Assembly: GCA_951406725.2 (NCBI GenBank)
Contig: OX597830.1
Coordinates: 25,482,001 to 25,546,000, forward strand
DNA length: 64,000 nucleotides
Direction: 5' to 3'
DNA from: Octopus vulgaris
Taxonomy: Eukaryota
This document shows positions 1-11,797 of the stretch, one piece after another (position 1 is the first letter of the stretch; each line of letters begins with the position of its first letter). Made by a program: the position numbers and the translations under genes. The notes under the pieces are model-generated. The model made no database searches and was not told the origin of the DNA. It saw nothing but the letters and a program-made list of their open reading frames with translations.

Positions 1-329
1 TTATCACTCGCTCTTAGCTTTGTATTTTACTTAATGAGTTTTGTTGGGTTCGTGTGTTATACTACTCCTTCGATATCTAGTATGGATAGCAGAGTGCATA
101 GGGTGGTGGAGAACCAGCCGAAAGGACAGTAGTTCATATTATAATCATTGACACCATACGGCTGTATCCATGTCCTGAGCATTGAATTGTCAAACGACTC
201 AGTCTCCCTAGATGTGAAAAGGTATCTACCACAATTTATGAGAACATTTATGAGATTTCAGTAGAAAATAAGGACCCCCGTCCAAATCTGAAAGACTGCT
301 GAATACCGTTACGTCAATTTACAAAGCTA

Positions 330-910
330 GGTGTAGTGCTCAATGTTTCGTCACTGCCGAATGGTTCGTCAGTTTACAATGTTGGTCGAGTATTTCATCA
401 GTGCTGTTTCATCAATGTTGAACATTTCGTTAGTTTATACTAATGAGTGTGTTGTCATACTCCAAAGACGAGTGTTTAGTCAGTGTTAAGTGTTTCCTCA
501 CTGTTGAGTACCTCTTCAGATTACAACGCTGTTTCGTCCCTACTATATAGTTCGTCAGTGCTGCATAGTTCGTCAGTGCTGCGTAGTTCATCAACACTGA
601 ATGTTTCTTCGGTGTGGAGTCTTTTGTCAGTGCTAAATATTTCGACAGTACGGGGTGCTTCATTAATACTGAGTGTTTCGTCATCACTAAGTGTTTCGTC
701 ACTTTAGAGTGCTGAGTATTTTGTCAGTTTATTGTGTTGAGTCTATCCCCAGCTTAGAGTGCCTAATGTTTCGTCATTAATGAGTGCTTCATCAGATAAG
801 AGCACTGAGTGCTTTGTCAGTGGGCAGTATTTCGTCAGTGCGTGCTGAGTGTTTTGTTATTGCTGAAAGTGTCGCCTATGCTAAGTTCTCTACAGATACT
901 GAGTATTTCC
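330..910. repeat. Degenerate ~18-bp minisatellite (consensus ~GTGTTTCGTCAGTGCTGA)
   Basis: Recurring tttcgtcagtg/ttcatcagtg/gctgagtg units at ~18 nt spacing; this explains the 6-aa periodicity of ORF 430-702. Confidence 0.7.
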
Positions 911-1334
911 TTAGTTTGCAGGGCCGTGTGCGTTTTTAAAACTTAATATTCTGAGGTTACCTCAATTAACGGTGCTGAGTTAATCTCTACATCCGTAGAT
1001 GTAGTTTGCAGAGAACTGAAGTCTGCTAAGATGGTTGTAGAGAGGTTGTCTTTTATTGCGGTGGGTCTTGGGGCTTATCGTCACACAGCATCCGTACATT
1101 CTTGATAAGATTTAAGCCTGAGTGACGAAAGAGGTAGGCCGGTTCGCTTCTTTAATATATTTTATTGACAAATAACAAACCAACGAGAATGCTTATTAAT
1201 GTGATTGATCATCTTGGTAGAAATAGAGCTGAAATTTCCCTCGGAGGGCACTTTACTGACATAAAAAAGGAGCGAACTATTGGGTTACGCTTGAAAAAAC
1301 CGAAGACCGGATGATAATAACTTGAATGTTTTTG

Positions 1335-1658
1335 CAGTTCTATATTTAAGAGATGAGGAATTCTGTGCATTATTTACGGATATTTGTCCTCATCTTGTTT
1401 GTTGTTAACACAACGTTTCGGGCATATGGCGTAGTGGCTGCTAACCCCAAGATTCCGAGTTCGATTCCAAGCAGTGATCTGAACAACAGCAACAACAACA
1501 ACAACAATAATAATAACATCGAAAAAAACCTTAGGAATGAGAACCCAAGTTCGAAATTTCCGCAAGACACCTGAAGAGGGCTGGAAGGTATATCAACCGA
1601 AAGTTGTGTTAACAACAAACAAGATGAGGACAAATATCCGTCGAATGTAAATAATGTA
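1335..1658 (+). mobile_element. tRNA-headed SINE-like element with 3' hammerhead motif and inverted Penelope-type tail
   Basis: A-box tggcgtagtgg, B-box gttcgattcc, (AAC/AAT)n linker, HHR at 1566-1610; 1376-1420 is the reverse complement of 1598-1641; 13-bp TSD ttgaatg(t/c)ttttg at 1322-1334 and 1659-1671. Confidence 0.8.
1566..1610 (+). ncRNA. Minimal type I hammerhead ribozyme motif (slightly decayed)
   Basis: gacac-CTGAAGA-g-ggctg..caacc-GAAA-gtt-gtgtt; stem I gacac/gtgtt; the inverted copy keeps the intact GAAACGTT palindrome. Confidence 0.7.
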
Positions 1659-2269
1659 TTGAATGCTTTTGATCATGGATTTACTGGATCAGACAACAAT
1701 AGCGTTAATAACGGGCTATCGCGAAAGTTTCTACATCAAAGTTTTTCAAAGTAGTCCGTATAGACGCCTGTGAGTGACTAAAATTTTGGAGAATATAAGC
1801 CCAGGAGTTCACAGTGGATGTATTGCGTTTATAAACCCTTTTATTACAGTTGAACAAAAATTGCTGGATTATGTATATTAGTTCCCGGTTATTGTACTTT
1901 TAATAGATAGCCTGATTGTGTGTGATGGCCTCTAGAGATGTGTCATTCAGGCACAACCAATTGGAAAAGATACAGATTATTTAAATCAACAATCTTGCTC
2001 TAAGAAGAACCAGAGCTCTTCAGTGCCGACTCAATATAAACCATATTTTTCACAGTATAAAACTTTTAAGAACAATCATATTTTAAACGAATTAAATTTT
2101 ATAAGAAAACATACTTTTATAAAAGGTGAATTAAAAAAATAAAAATGTAAATATAGATTTAAAAAGGAAAATTGATGAAAAATTCGACTAATTTTGTGTG
2201 TGTGTGTGAATGGAAATTAATTTTGTTAAAGGAGTGCATCAAGAAGAAAAATAAATCCTGAGAAGTCCT

Positions 2270-2790
2270 ACCCTACATAGTTGACTGGTTGATCTTCTAG
2301 AGACAGTTCTACATCAAACCACACCATATTTTCTTAAAGTAGGAAGAGACCGACTTACTAGAAATAACAGACAAATCTTCCCAGAATCTTAAATTTTTAT
2401 GTCGAAATACGGACAGATTAGACCAAAAGACAGAAGTAGTTGGTGGTGGTCATAAATGGAGTGCATTTAATAATAGGTCTGTTGGACGAGAATTAACCTG
2501 TGGCACAACCACAATATTGACAAAGAAATAATGCGGAGAACTTTTTACAATGCGAAGAGAGAAATAATGATTTATTAATTATTTATGTATTTCAGTTGAA
2601 GCAGTCATCATCACTGGGAAATACCAACGAATTATTACTTACCAGAGATAGCTAAAATAAGACACATTGGGAAAAGTAGCCTTAGATATACTAAGTATAA
2701 TAGAAAAATATAGGATAGCTGCAATCGGGAATGTCTTTGATCAAAGATCATTTCGACCAGGGCTCAACTAGAGATTAATAGCAATGACGA
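2270..2790 (+). mobile_element. Two old degenerate SINE-like repeat fragments (family also at ~1170-1715, 9560-9735, 42230-42470 and 43580-43745)
   Basis: Shared decayed motif ctagaaata.cag.caaatct...ggaatg.ctttgatca...ggct.aacaacaac. Confidence 0.45.
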
Positions 2791-2961
2791 CGATAACGAC
2801 GACAGTAAAAATAATGTTTTTCAGAAAATTGAAGTGTCTAAATATCCTTTGATTAATTAGTCATGCATGCACTAAATCGGATTTGGATAACCTAAAAAGC
2901 ATCAACATATAATCTGTCTATCTATATGAAATTAACACACACACACACATACACATAACAT

Positions 2962-3260
2962 GCGGTGGTGTAATGGCCCAATGGTTAGGGCTGCGGACTC
3001 GCGATTTCGATTCCCACACCGGGCATTGTGAGTGTTTATTGAGCGAAAACACGTAAAAGCTCAAGAGGTGGTTCCGGCAAGAGGTGTTGCCGAACCCTGC
3101 TGTACTCTTCCACCACAACTTTCTCTCACTCTTTCTTCCTGTTTTTGTTGTACCTGTATTTCAAAGGGCCAGCCTTGTCACAGTCTGTCACGCTGGATCT
3201 CCCCGAGAACTACGTTAAGGGTGCACGTATCTGTCGAGTGTTCAGTCACTTGCACGTTAA
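2962..3260 (+). mobile_element. tRNA-derived SINE (family D head, family C tail)
   Basis: ggcccaatggttagggctgcggactcgc head, tttcgattccc B-box, tail gggccagccttgtcaca...cttgcacgttaat. Confidence 0.8.
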
Positions 3261-3742
3261 TGAGGCGGTTAGCAAGACTTCTACCATAATAGATATAATA
3301 TTAAATATTTGAACAAAAGAAGGGTAAACATACCGCTTGCCAAAGATGAAAACGAAAGCTTCAAAAACCACCAATCCTACGATAAATACACACACGAGCA
3401 ACGCAATGAACACTTTAAAAAGTAGGCCTACCTTCAGGATGGAATTTGAAGATAGTTTACATATCCCAATATCAATTGATTTCATGCTATGCATGAGAAA
3501 ACATGCTTTGCAATCTTCAGTCGGAGTAACATCTATTTCCAAAATATTCACTACGCCAACTCCTGTGCGTTTCGAACTTTAAACGTACCCCTCCGTTTAA
3601 AGAGAAAACTATCGTAAACAATTAAAAAGTAACTATATGAAAGTATTTTTCTGTTAAAAACAATAATAATGAGGCGGTTAGCAAGACTTCTACCTTAATA
3701 GGTATAATATTAAATATTTGAATAAAACAAGGGTGAAAATAC

Positions 3743-3924
3743 CTATTTCTTTACTACACACAAGGGGCTAAACACAGAGAGGACAAACAAGGACAGACAA
3801 ATGGATTAACTCGATTATATCGACCCCAGTGCGTAACTGGTACTTATTTAATCGATCCCGAAAGGATGAAAGGCAAAGTCGACCTCGGCGGAATTTGAAC
3901 TCAGAACGTAGCGGCAGACGGAAT
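3743..3924 (-). mobile_element. SINE family A (Meta-domain-like), 5'-truncated
   Basis: Reverse complement of gttctgagttcaaattccgccgaggtcgactttgcctttcatcctttcggg...aaagaaatagg. Confidence 0.85.
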
Positions 3925-4660
3925 AGTGGTATTCCTAAATTGTGGAAGCTTAAAGTTCCAATACTTACCTTGATCTATTACAAAAATTTGTTGTATCGCA
4001 GTTGCACCACTTGCAATCAATATAAATATTTTGTACTCACTAAAGGTCAATCTACTTTCGTCCATAAGTCTCTGTATTCGTAGCAAGATCAGTAACCTTA
4101 GAAATCTTATATTGCATCTGGAAAAATCCTGATTAAATAGGGAAATAATCTTTTTTTGAAAGCGTCTCGAAGACAAAATATTGGCCAGTAATATATTTGG
4201 TCCATCTACTAAGAGTAATTTTCAATGAAAAATTTCCTGTCTTTTAGAAAGTAAACTACTTTCAGATGAGAAAGTCTTCGCTCATGCTATTAGCCATTCA
4301 TTATAATTTTTCGCGAGAAATAAACACCAATTGTAAATCTCAAACGAGAGCAATGTCCAACTAATGGTCCTTTTATGTGATCCATAAATGTGGTTGAAAG
4401 AACTCATTAGGAATCGATAAAGCGTTTATTAGAAATCGGAAACATTAGAAAATCGGGTTATGTGCCTTAAACAATATTTATTTTCATCATTCTGCGATCA
4501 GATCTCAAATTCCTTCACATTAAACGACGTTCTGTATTCTCACTGGATGGATAAACATTAATCTAATAAACTGTACCTCTCCTCAAACTCGGTTTAGATT
4601 AAGGTTTGAGAACAAACATTAAGCTAACAATCTACACAGATTCTAGTTTGATATTCATTA

Positions 4661-4770
<110 letters not shown>

Positions 4771-4771
4771 C

Positions 4772-5196
4772 CTTTTGTTCTTTTACTTGTTTCAGTCATT
4801 AGACTGCGGTCATGCTGGAGCACTGCCTCGAAGAATTTTATCCTAACGAATCGATCCCATTACTTACTTTCAATTTTTAAAGCCTGGTTCTTATCTACCT
4901 GGTTCTTATTCTATCGGACGCTTTTCCGAAACGCTACATTACGGGGACGTAAACACAGCAACACCGATTGTCAAGCGATAGGAGTGGGGAGAACAAACAC
5001 AGACACAAAGATACTCGCGCGTACACACACAGACACACGGACTTCTTTCACCTTCCGTCAACCAAATCCATTCACAAAGCTTTGGTCGACCCGAGGCTAC
5101 GGTAGAAGACCTTGCCCAACGCACCACGCAGTGAGACTGAACCCGGAGCCATGTGGTTAGGAAGCAAACTTCTTACCACAGTCACACCTGCGACTA
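4772..5196 (-). mobile_element. SINE family B (tRNA head, CORE-like accttgggcaagt, internal microsatellite)
   Basis: Tail ctccagcatg.ccgcagtc..atgactgaaacaagtaaaaga and head aaccacatgg.tccgggttcagtc on the minus strand. Confidence 0.85.
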
Positions 5197-6960
5197 TGTT
5201 TGTACTGAAAGCAATCACTTACAAAGTGGATGTAGCAAGGCTGAAGAGCAATTACAATTTAACCTTAGTTAAAAAAACCTATGACAATGAACTTGCTGGA
5301 ATCTCAGACAACACAGATATTGAATCAGCATGGCCTGTTTTTAAAAATGCTGTATTTGAATCATCTTGTAAAACACTCGGGTATGTTAAGAGGAAGCACC
5401 AAGACTGGTTCGCCTTAAATGATCCAAACATCTCTCCTCTTTTGGACTATATGCATAAGTGCCACTGACAATGGATGTCAAATAAAAGTAATGCCACAAA
5501 ATGCAACGAGTTTAAAAGGACCGGAAATACATGCCAATCTCAAATGAGGCAAATGAAACAGAGATGCCAAAGAACTGCAGGATGCTGCGGACATATGTGA
5601 CTCCAGTTCATTCTATCATAATTTAAAGGGTGTTTTGGACATGTGTCTGGTGACTGAACTCCTATACTTTCAATTGAGGATAATCTTTTAACAGACAAAA
5701 GGGAGATCACGAAGCGCTGGGCAGAGTATTTTTCAAATGTTTTGAATATGGACTCAATTGTTGACGAAGAACTAATCAACGGCCTATCACAGAGGGATGT
5801 TCTTGAAGAATTGTCAGTTGTTCCATCAAATGCTGAGATAAAAATGACCATAAAACAGCTCACGAATGGAAAGTCGTCTGGGAACGATGGCATACTAGCC
5901 GAGATATATAAATGTGGTAGCAGTCTCCTGCTGAGAAAGTTATGTGAACTCTTCTCCTTAATCTGGGAATTAGGATCAGTCCCACAGGAGTTCAAAGACG
6001 CTTCTATTGTCCATCTTTATAAGAACAAGAGTAACAAATGCGAATGTGACAACTATAGAGGTATCTCCCTTTTGTGTGTTGCTGGGAAGATCCTTAGAAT
6101 GGTTATCTTAAACAGACTAAATGATGCCCTTGACATTTTAGTGTTACTTGAATCTCAGTGTGGATTTCGAGCTGGTAGAGGCACAGTGAACATAATTTTT
6201 AGTCAAAGGCAGCTGCAGGAAAAGGGTCTTGAGCACAAACGAGACCTTTTTGTCACTTCTGTAGATCTAACCAAAATTTTCGACACCGTATCGCGGGGTG
6301 CTCTTTGGGTTGTCCCTGGAAAACTAGGTGTTCTTGAAAAGGTGCTCGATGTCATTATTTCTTTCCATCAGGGGATGATGGCTTCTACTAGATCTGGCGA
6401 GGAAGTGTCCGATTATTCACAGTTTCAAATGGGACAAAAAAAAGGCTGTGTTCTTGCACCACTTTTATTTGCTTTGTATTTCTCCGTCATATTGAGTATT
6501 AGAGAAGGAGCAAAATTTGCGTACAAAACCGGTGGCGGCTTGTTCAACCAACAGCGCTTCAAAGCAAAAACTAAGACTTTGGTGCAGACAGTGCGGGATT
6601 TGCTCCTCTCAGACGATTGTGCACTTGTAGCACACATTCTTGAGGACATGCAATGGATTCTAGACAACTTCTCGCGTGCATCGAAAGCTTTTCGTCTGAA
6701 CATCAGCATTAAAAAAACTGAGCTGGTCCATCAGCCCATTCGTGATCATCCTCCCGCTGTTCCCCCTACTGTATATGCTGATGGGAAAGCATTAAAAACT
6801 GTTTCCTCTTTCATTTATCTTGGTTCCATTGTGTCCAATGATATTAAGGTGAATAAAGAAATTGAGCCCAGAATGGGGAAGGCTAGCTCTGCTTTCGGTA
6901 AGCTTTATCACAGGCTTTTGGAACAGCCACAACGTATCGTTGAAAGTGAAAGTCTGTAAT
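5197..6960 (+). pseudogene. RTE-clade LINE ORF2 (reverse transcriptase) remnant
   Basis: ORF 5742-6959 carries GKSSGNDGI.AE, NYRGISLL, QCGFR..RGT, DL.K.FDTVSR, GCVLAPLLF, LSDDCAL (degenerate FADD) and FIYLGS; upstream stops and frameshifts (KRKHQDWF). Confidence 0.9.
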
Positions 6961-7098
6961 TTACAGCTGCTTAATAGGTATTTTTAAAAGTGTCTACATT
7001 TTTTAAATATATTTGATCTGATGTTTAAATAGGCATATTTATGAACACGCACAAACAGGCACAGCAAAATAGAAAAACAGAAAAAGCTACATTTATAT

Positions 7099-8360
7099 AC
7101 AGGGTGCGGTGAATAAATTGTCGTTTAAATTACGCAAAAATGAAAATAAAACTGACATTTCATTTTAACAGATATATTTACTAACATTACATTAAAATAT
7201 CTTGAAATATCAAAGACTAAATTTATTCATATAAAATCGACATTATCTTCAACGACGGCCTCCAGAGGACTTCAGAATCTTCTGCAACTCTGTTGGCCGG
7301 TCTCCTTGTTTAAGTTGATGAATGCTGCCATAATCCTTGCCATCAGTTCATTTTTGGTGTTACAAGAAGTTTTGTTGGTCTCTCGCTCAAATGTACCCCA
7401 CACATAATAATAAAAGGGGTTGCTGTCTGGGGAGTTAGGTGGCCAGATGTTAGGGGTGATGTGATCGTAGGAATTTTTTGACATCTATGACCGAGTTCTC
7501 CTACTTGTGAGGCATGGTGCAGAGTCCTGTTGCCAAACATAGGGTCTTCCAGCAGCTACCCTCTTGATCCAGGGCAGCACTACCTCCTCCAGGCACTCGA
7601 TGTAGGCTTCCGTGTTGAGTCTGAGGCCGTGTGGGAAGTTGAATGGAGGCATAATGTCGCCATCAATAGTGATCACTCCAAACGCCATGATGTTGACTGG
7701 ATGTTTGATTTTTATCATTCTTATTATGTGTTTTAGGGTTGTTCTTTGTGTTCACCATCTACTCCTGGCAGAAATTTTTCTCGTCTGAGAAAAACCAAAG
7801 CTTGTTCGGTTGGAGGGAATACTTGAGTTTGTTCAAAAGCTTCATAGCATGATCTTTCTTCTTGTCCTTGATGGCTTGGAATAAAAATTGGCCCTTTCTT
7901 AACTTGTATGAGGAAAGCCGAATGTCTTCATGCACTACCTGCCTGATAAGAAACTAAAACACTTTCATGACCCTGGCGATGGTCCTGATGGACTTGGAGG
8001 GGTCGTTGTAAATCATGGCCTGGATCTCACCAGCAAATACAGGAGTTCTTTTCTTATCGGAGCGATCAGAGTGAGTTTTCCGAGCTGCCTTACTTTTGTA
8101 TTTCTCATTAGACTAATCCAACTCTTTCTGAATCCTCTGCACTGTCCTCAGATTGACACCCAAACACTGAAATGTTCGTATTGGAACTTCGAGCGTGAAT
8201 GCCAAGCTGTACAGCATGTCGTTTCCAAAATTCTAGCGGAGTGAATTGCGTCATGGTGCTGTTTTTCTCACAGATAGTGCCCAACTGACCCTACTATACT
8301 GTGTAGTCGACAAAATCAAAAACAATGTGCATGCGAGAAATCAAAACTATAAGATGGACA
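7099..8360 (-). mobile_element. Decayed Tc1/mariner-superfamily transposon (maT-like motifs)
   Basis: Frameshifted transposase pieces FFSDEKNF, YVWQQDSAP and WPPNSPD.NP..YYVWG; TA-flanked end cagggtgcggtgaataaattgtcg at 7099. Confidence 0.85.
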
Positions 8361-8848
8361 CGTATGTATGTGCATATATAGATAGATAAATAAATACATA
8401 CATATATGTTTGCATATATACATGATGGTTGTCTACTCGTTAAGTGTGCATGACCATCATTGCGTTGACAGGTTAACTTATAACTGATTGTTCCTGTCGA
8501 CGTGAAATCAACAGTAATTTTTGAAACCGGCGAGAGGTACATTTTGACGCAAGCACTCCAAACTCAGTCGTGTTTACGGCCTGACGGTTAGGCCACTCAG
8601 GTGTAAGATCATTATGGGTACACACACACAAGCACGTGCATATATTTGCATTGCTGGTCAGTGAAGGCCTATCGAGTAGAAAAGAGAAAGTTATCGTTAG
8701 ATCAGTGACATGTCCCGAATTCTTGCGACAGAATGAACTCTGCTTAAAACACCCAATGAACAGATGGCAATAGTAAACCAATAGACGGATTAAGCAGGGA
8801 ATGTTTAATAAAATATTCCTCTAAAGCGAAACCAGAGACACAGTAAAA

Positions 8849-9451
8849 CAAGGTTCGGGGAACTTTTTTAACCAATTGCTCCAAAATATATTAATTTACG
8901 CCGACTTTACCCGCTTCATTTGAAAGGAAGAAAATCATAGATTCTTTGAATTCAAAATGTTTATTGAATCTGTTTTATTGAATCTATTTTAAAATAAAAA
9001 AAAAATAAATAAATGCGCCATTTAAAGCCTCCCGGTTTCTATGGAGTATGTGTTCCCCAGCTGGACGGAATGCCAGTCCATTGCAGTGTTATTCATTTTT
9101 GCCATCTGAGTGGACTGGAGCAACGTGAAATGAAGTGCTTTGCTCAAGAACACAACGCGTCGCCCGGTCCAAGAATCGAAACCACAATCTTACGATCAGG
9201 ATGTTGAAACCCTAACCACTAAGCCACACGCCTCCACATCGAATCTATTTTATTGAATCTATTTATACGAATCTGTTTACGCGTCCATTACGTTGGACTG
9301 ATGCGGTGATGCCAGAAGAAAAATGTCTGTCGTAACAAGGAACACGTTTTTTTTGTATGTAATTTCACTTATGTCAAATGAGTTCTCATTACCCCCAAGA
9401 ATTTCCTATTTAGCCCACTTGGGATAATTTACCCCTGTTCGTCGATCCCTG
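8849..9451. mobile_element. hAT-like MITE interrupted by a SINE
   Basis: Imperfect termini caaggttcggggaac / gttcgtcgatccctg. Confidence 0.4.
9005..9238 (-). mobile_element. SINE family C (tRNA head, V-domain-like)
   Basis: Reverse complement of ggcgtgtggcttagtggttaggg...gtttcgattc...tgtgttcttgagcaa..cacttcatttcacgttgctccagtccactcag; TSD gaatctatttt. Confidence 0.85.
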
Positions 9452-10049
9452 CTGTGAAAGAAATGGAAGCAACCAACACTCACAAGTTCCATGATCCACC
9501 AACATACATACATATCGCTGCTTCGGCGGCGCCTCAACATAGTCACACGATCTGAGGGAAATATCAGGCACATTTTCCACGCAAATCACTCGCTACCTCT
9601 TAAATAAAAGCAAAGATTCATTGTACAACGTACCTAGTTCCCATATAAATACGGACGCGATGGTTATGGGTGGAATAACTTGGATCATATGACTGCCCTA
9701 CCAGGCTTAATCCGGAGCTAAACAACAACAACAATAATGGCGACAAGCTGGGCGTGATAGTTATTAATCTGTACTCTTTCTCTTCTTATCTAATCCCTAC
9801 CTACTCACAAATAAGTTCAAAATCAGTTACCCACTCTTTCTCCTCACACTCATTCTCACTCATTCTCTTCTTTTAACCTCAACCGGTTTTCCCTATTGCC
9901 CCCCCTCACTTCCACATCTTCAGTTTTCGCTTCTACTTTTCTTATTTTCCTTCTAAAATGACCTTCACCTTCTACTCACCCTCCTTCAACTTCTTTATCT
10001 TATTTACCTTCTAATAATACGCTTCTCTCTTTGCCTCCCTGTTTCTCTT

Positions 10050-10470
10050 TAGCCGCCGCCACCGTCACCATAGTCACCACCACCACTACCACTACCCCTG
10101 CCACCACCACCACCACCACCACTGCCACCATCACCGCCGCCGCCACCACCACCACCACATCGCACCACCATTCTTCTTCTTCTTCTTCTTCTTCTTCTTA
10201 TTATTATTCTCCCCCTCTCCTCCTCCTCCTTCTTACTACTGTCGTTGTTGTCATTGTTGATTGTGATGTTCTTGTTGCAGTTTTTGCTCGAAGTGCTCAT
10301 GTAGCAGAGGTAGTAGTAGTGGTAGTGGTCGTTCTAGAAGCAGTTGTTGCAGAAGTAGTTGAAACGGTCATTTCTGTTGCATTTGTTCTTACTGTTGTGA
10401 GCAGATGTCGTTGCAGTTCTGTTTGTTTCTGCTGTTGTCGCTATTGTTGTTGTTGTGCTGTTGTTGTTGT
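10050..10470. repeat. Compound trinucleotide low-complexity tract (CAC/TTC/GTT)
   Basis: Direct read. Confidence 0.85.
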
Positions 10471-10554
10471 TTTGATTGTTTAACCCTTGTCCAACCTGTC
10501 CGAGCAGACAGATATATGACCAAAGGCGTTCCTGCTGTGACCACGGTTTCTTAA

Positions 10555-10743
10555 TACAACTCCCAAACAGTGATGACGGTGGGGAGCAAACACAAACAAA
10601 AATACACACACACACACATAGGTATATATACATAAATATATATACATACAACGGGCTTCTTTCAGTTTCCATTTCACTCACTAGGCTTTGGCCTGCCCAA
10701 GGCTATGACAGAAGACACTTGCCCATGGTGTCACGCAGTGGGA
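10555..10743 (-). mobile_element. SINE family B fragment
   Basis: acgggcttctttcagtttcc...agaagacacttgccca. Confidence 0.75.
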
Positions 10744-10744
10744 A

Positions 10745-11639
10745 TAGTAGTCCAGACGGTTGAAGACAAATGTCCTCCATAGAACCAGCATAGTTTCCTG
10801 GTCCCTTGTTCTGAAGGTTCCAAAAATCTATCCAGCCATTCGCCTGCACACTGCCACCATCTTGGTGGTATGCATGTGAAACGAGGCATCGTTGCTCATA
10901 TGAATCCCCAAATCACGCACTGTATTTGGCTCTAGGATTGCCGCTCCTTTTGGTCCAGAGTATCGTTGTTGCGACTTCTGAGCACCACTTAGCTGGTTGC
11001 GGAGGGCTTGGAATTTGCCTGCATTAGATTGCATGTTGTTGTCCTCAGCCCATTTATATATGACATCTAGTTCTTTCTGTAGAATATTAGCATTAGAAGG
11101 TTCCTTGACTGATTGTACTACTTTTGTGTCATCGGCATAGCTAGTAAGCGTGACTGTCTGTGCAACTGATGGCATGTCTGAAAGATTCACCATGAACAGC
11201 AGTGGCCCCAATACAGTTCCTTGAGGCGCTCCACTTTCTATTACTGCCTCCTTGGAGAGGGCTCTGTTGGCTGCTACAGCTTGGTTTCTGTCTTTTAAGA
11301 AGTCATGCAACCACCATCTCTGATTTTTCCAGTTATGCCGAGTTTCAGTAGTTTGTCATATATCATCCCACGATCAACCTTATCAAACGCCTTTGCAAAG
11401 TCGAGATATATCACATCCACGTTTGAGCGATTCATTAATTGTTTCAACAACCAGTTAGAGTGCTGCAAAAGCTGTGTAAGGCAGCTTCTTCCTGAGCGAA
11501 AGCCATGCTGGATGTCAGTAAGCAAGTCATTATCTTCAAGGAACGCAATTAATTTCTTCCTGACAATGCACTGTATGACTTTGCTGACATGGAAAGTTAG
11601 AAGAGACAGGTCTATGTTTAGCATCTGCTCTACTACCTC

Positions 11640-11640
<1 letters not shown>
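10745..11640 (-). pseudogene. CR1-group LINE reverse transcriptase fragment
   Basis: QHGFRSGRSCLTQLL, DVIYLDFAKAFDKV, SGAPQGTVLGPLLF, SYADDTK and VRDLGI across two frameshifted ORFs. Confidence 0.9.
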
Positions 11641-11684
<44 letters not shown>

Positions 11685-11797
11685 TGTGTGTGTGTGTGTG
11701 CATGTATATATATATATATGCATGTGTGTGTGTGTGTGCATGTATATATATATATACATATATATATATATAATATACATACATATATATTATATTA

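Noticed and set aside
763-796. CTGATGA...GAAA on the minus strand within the 18-bp minisatellite
   Set aside because: No convincing stem I or stem II pairing; arises from the repeat unit
3970-4020. Cys-rich DCKWCNCDTTNFCN (LU-domain-like) on the minus strand
   Set aside because: Preceded by in-frame stops with no good acceptor in that phase; likely chance
10031-10483. Mucin-like or TM-like 150-aa ORF
   Set aside because: Compound trinucleotide repeats with no splice or family support
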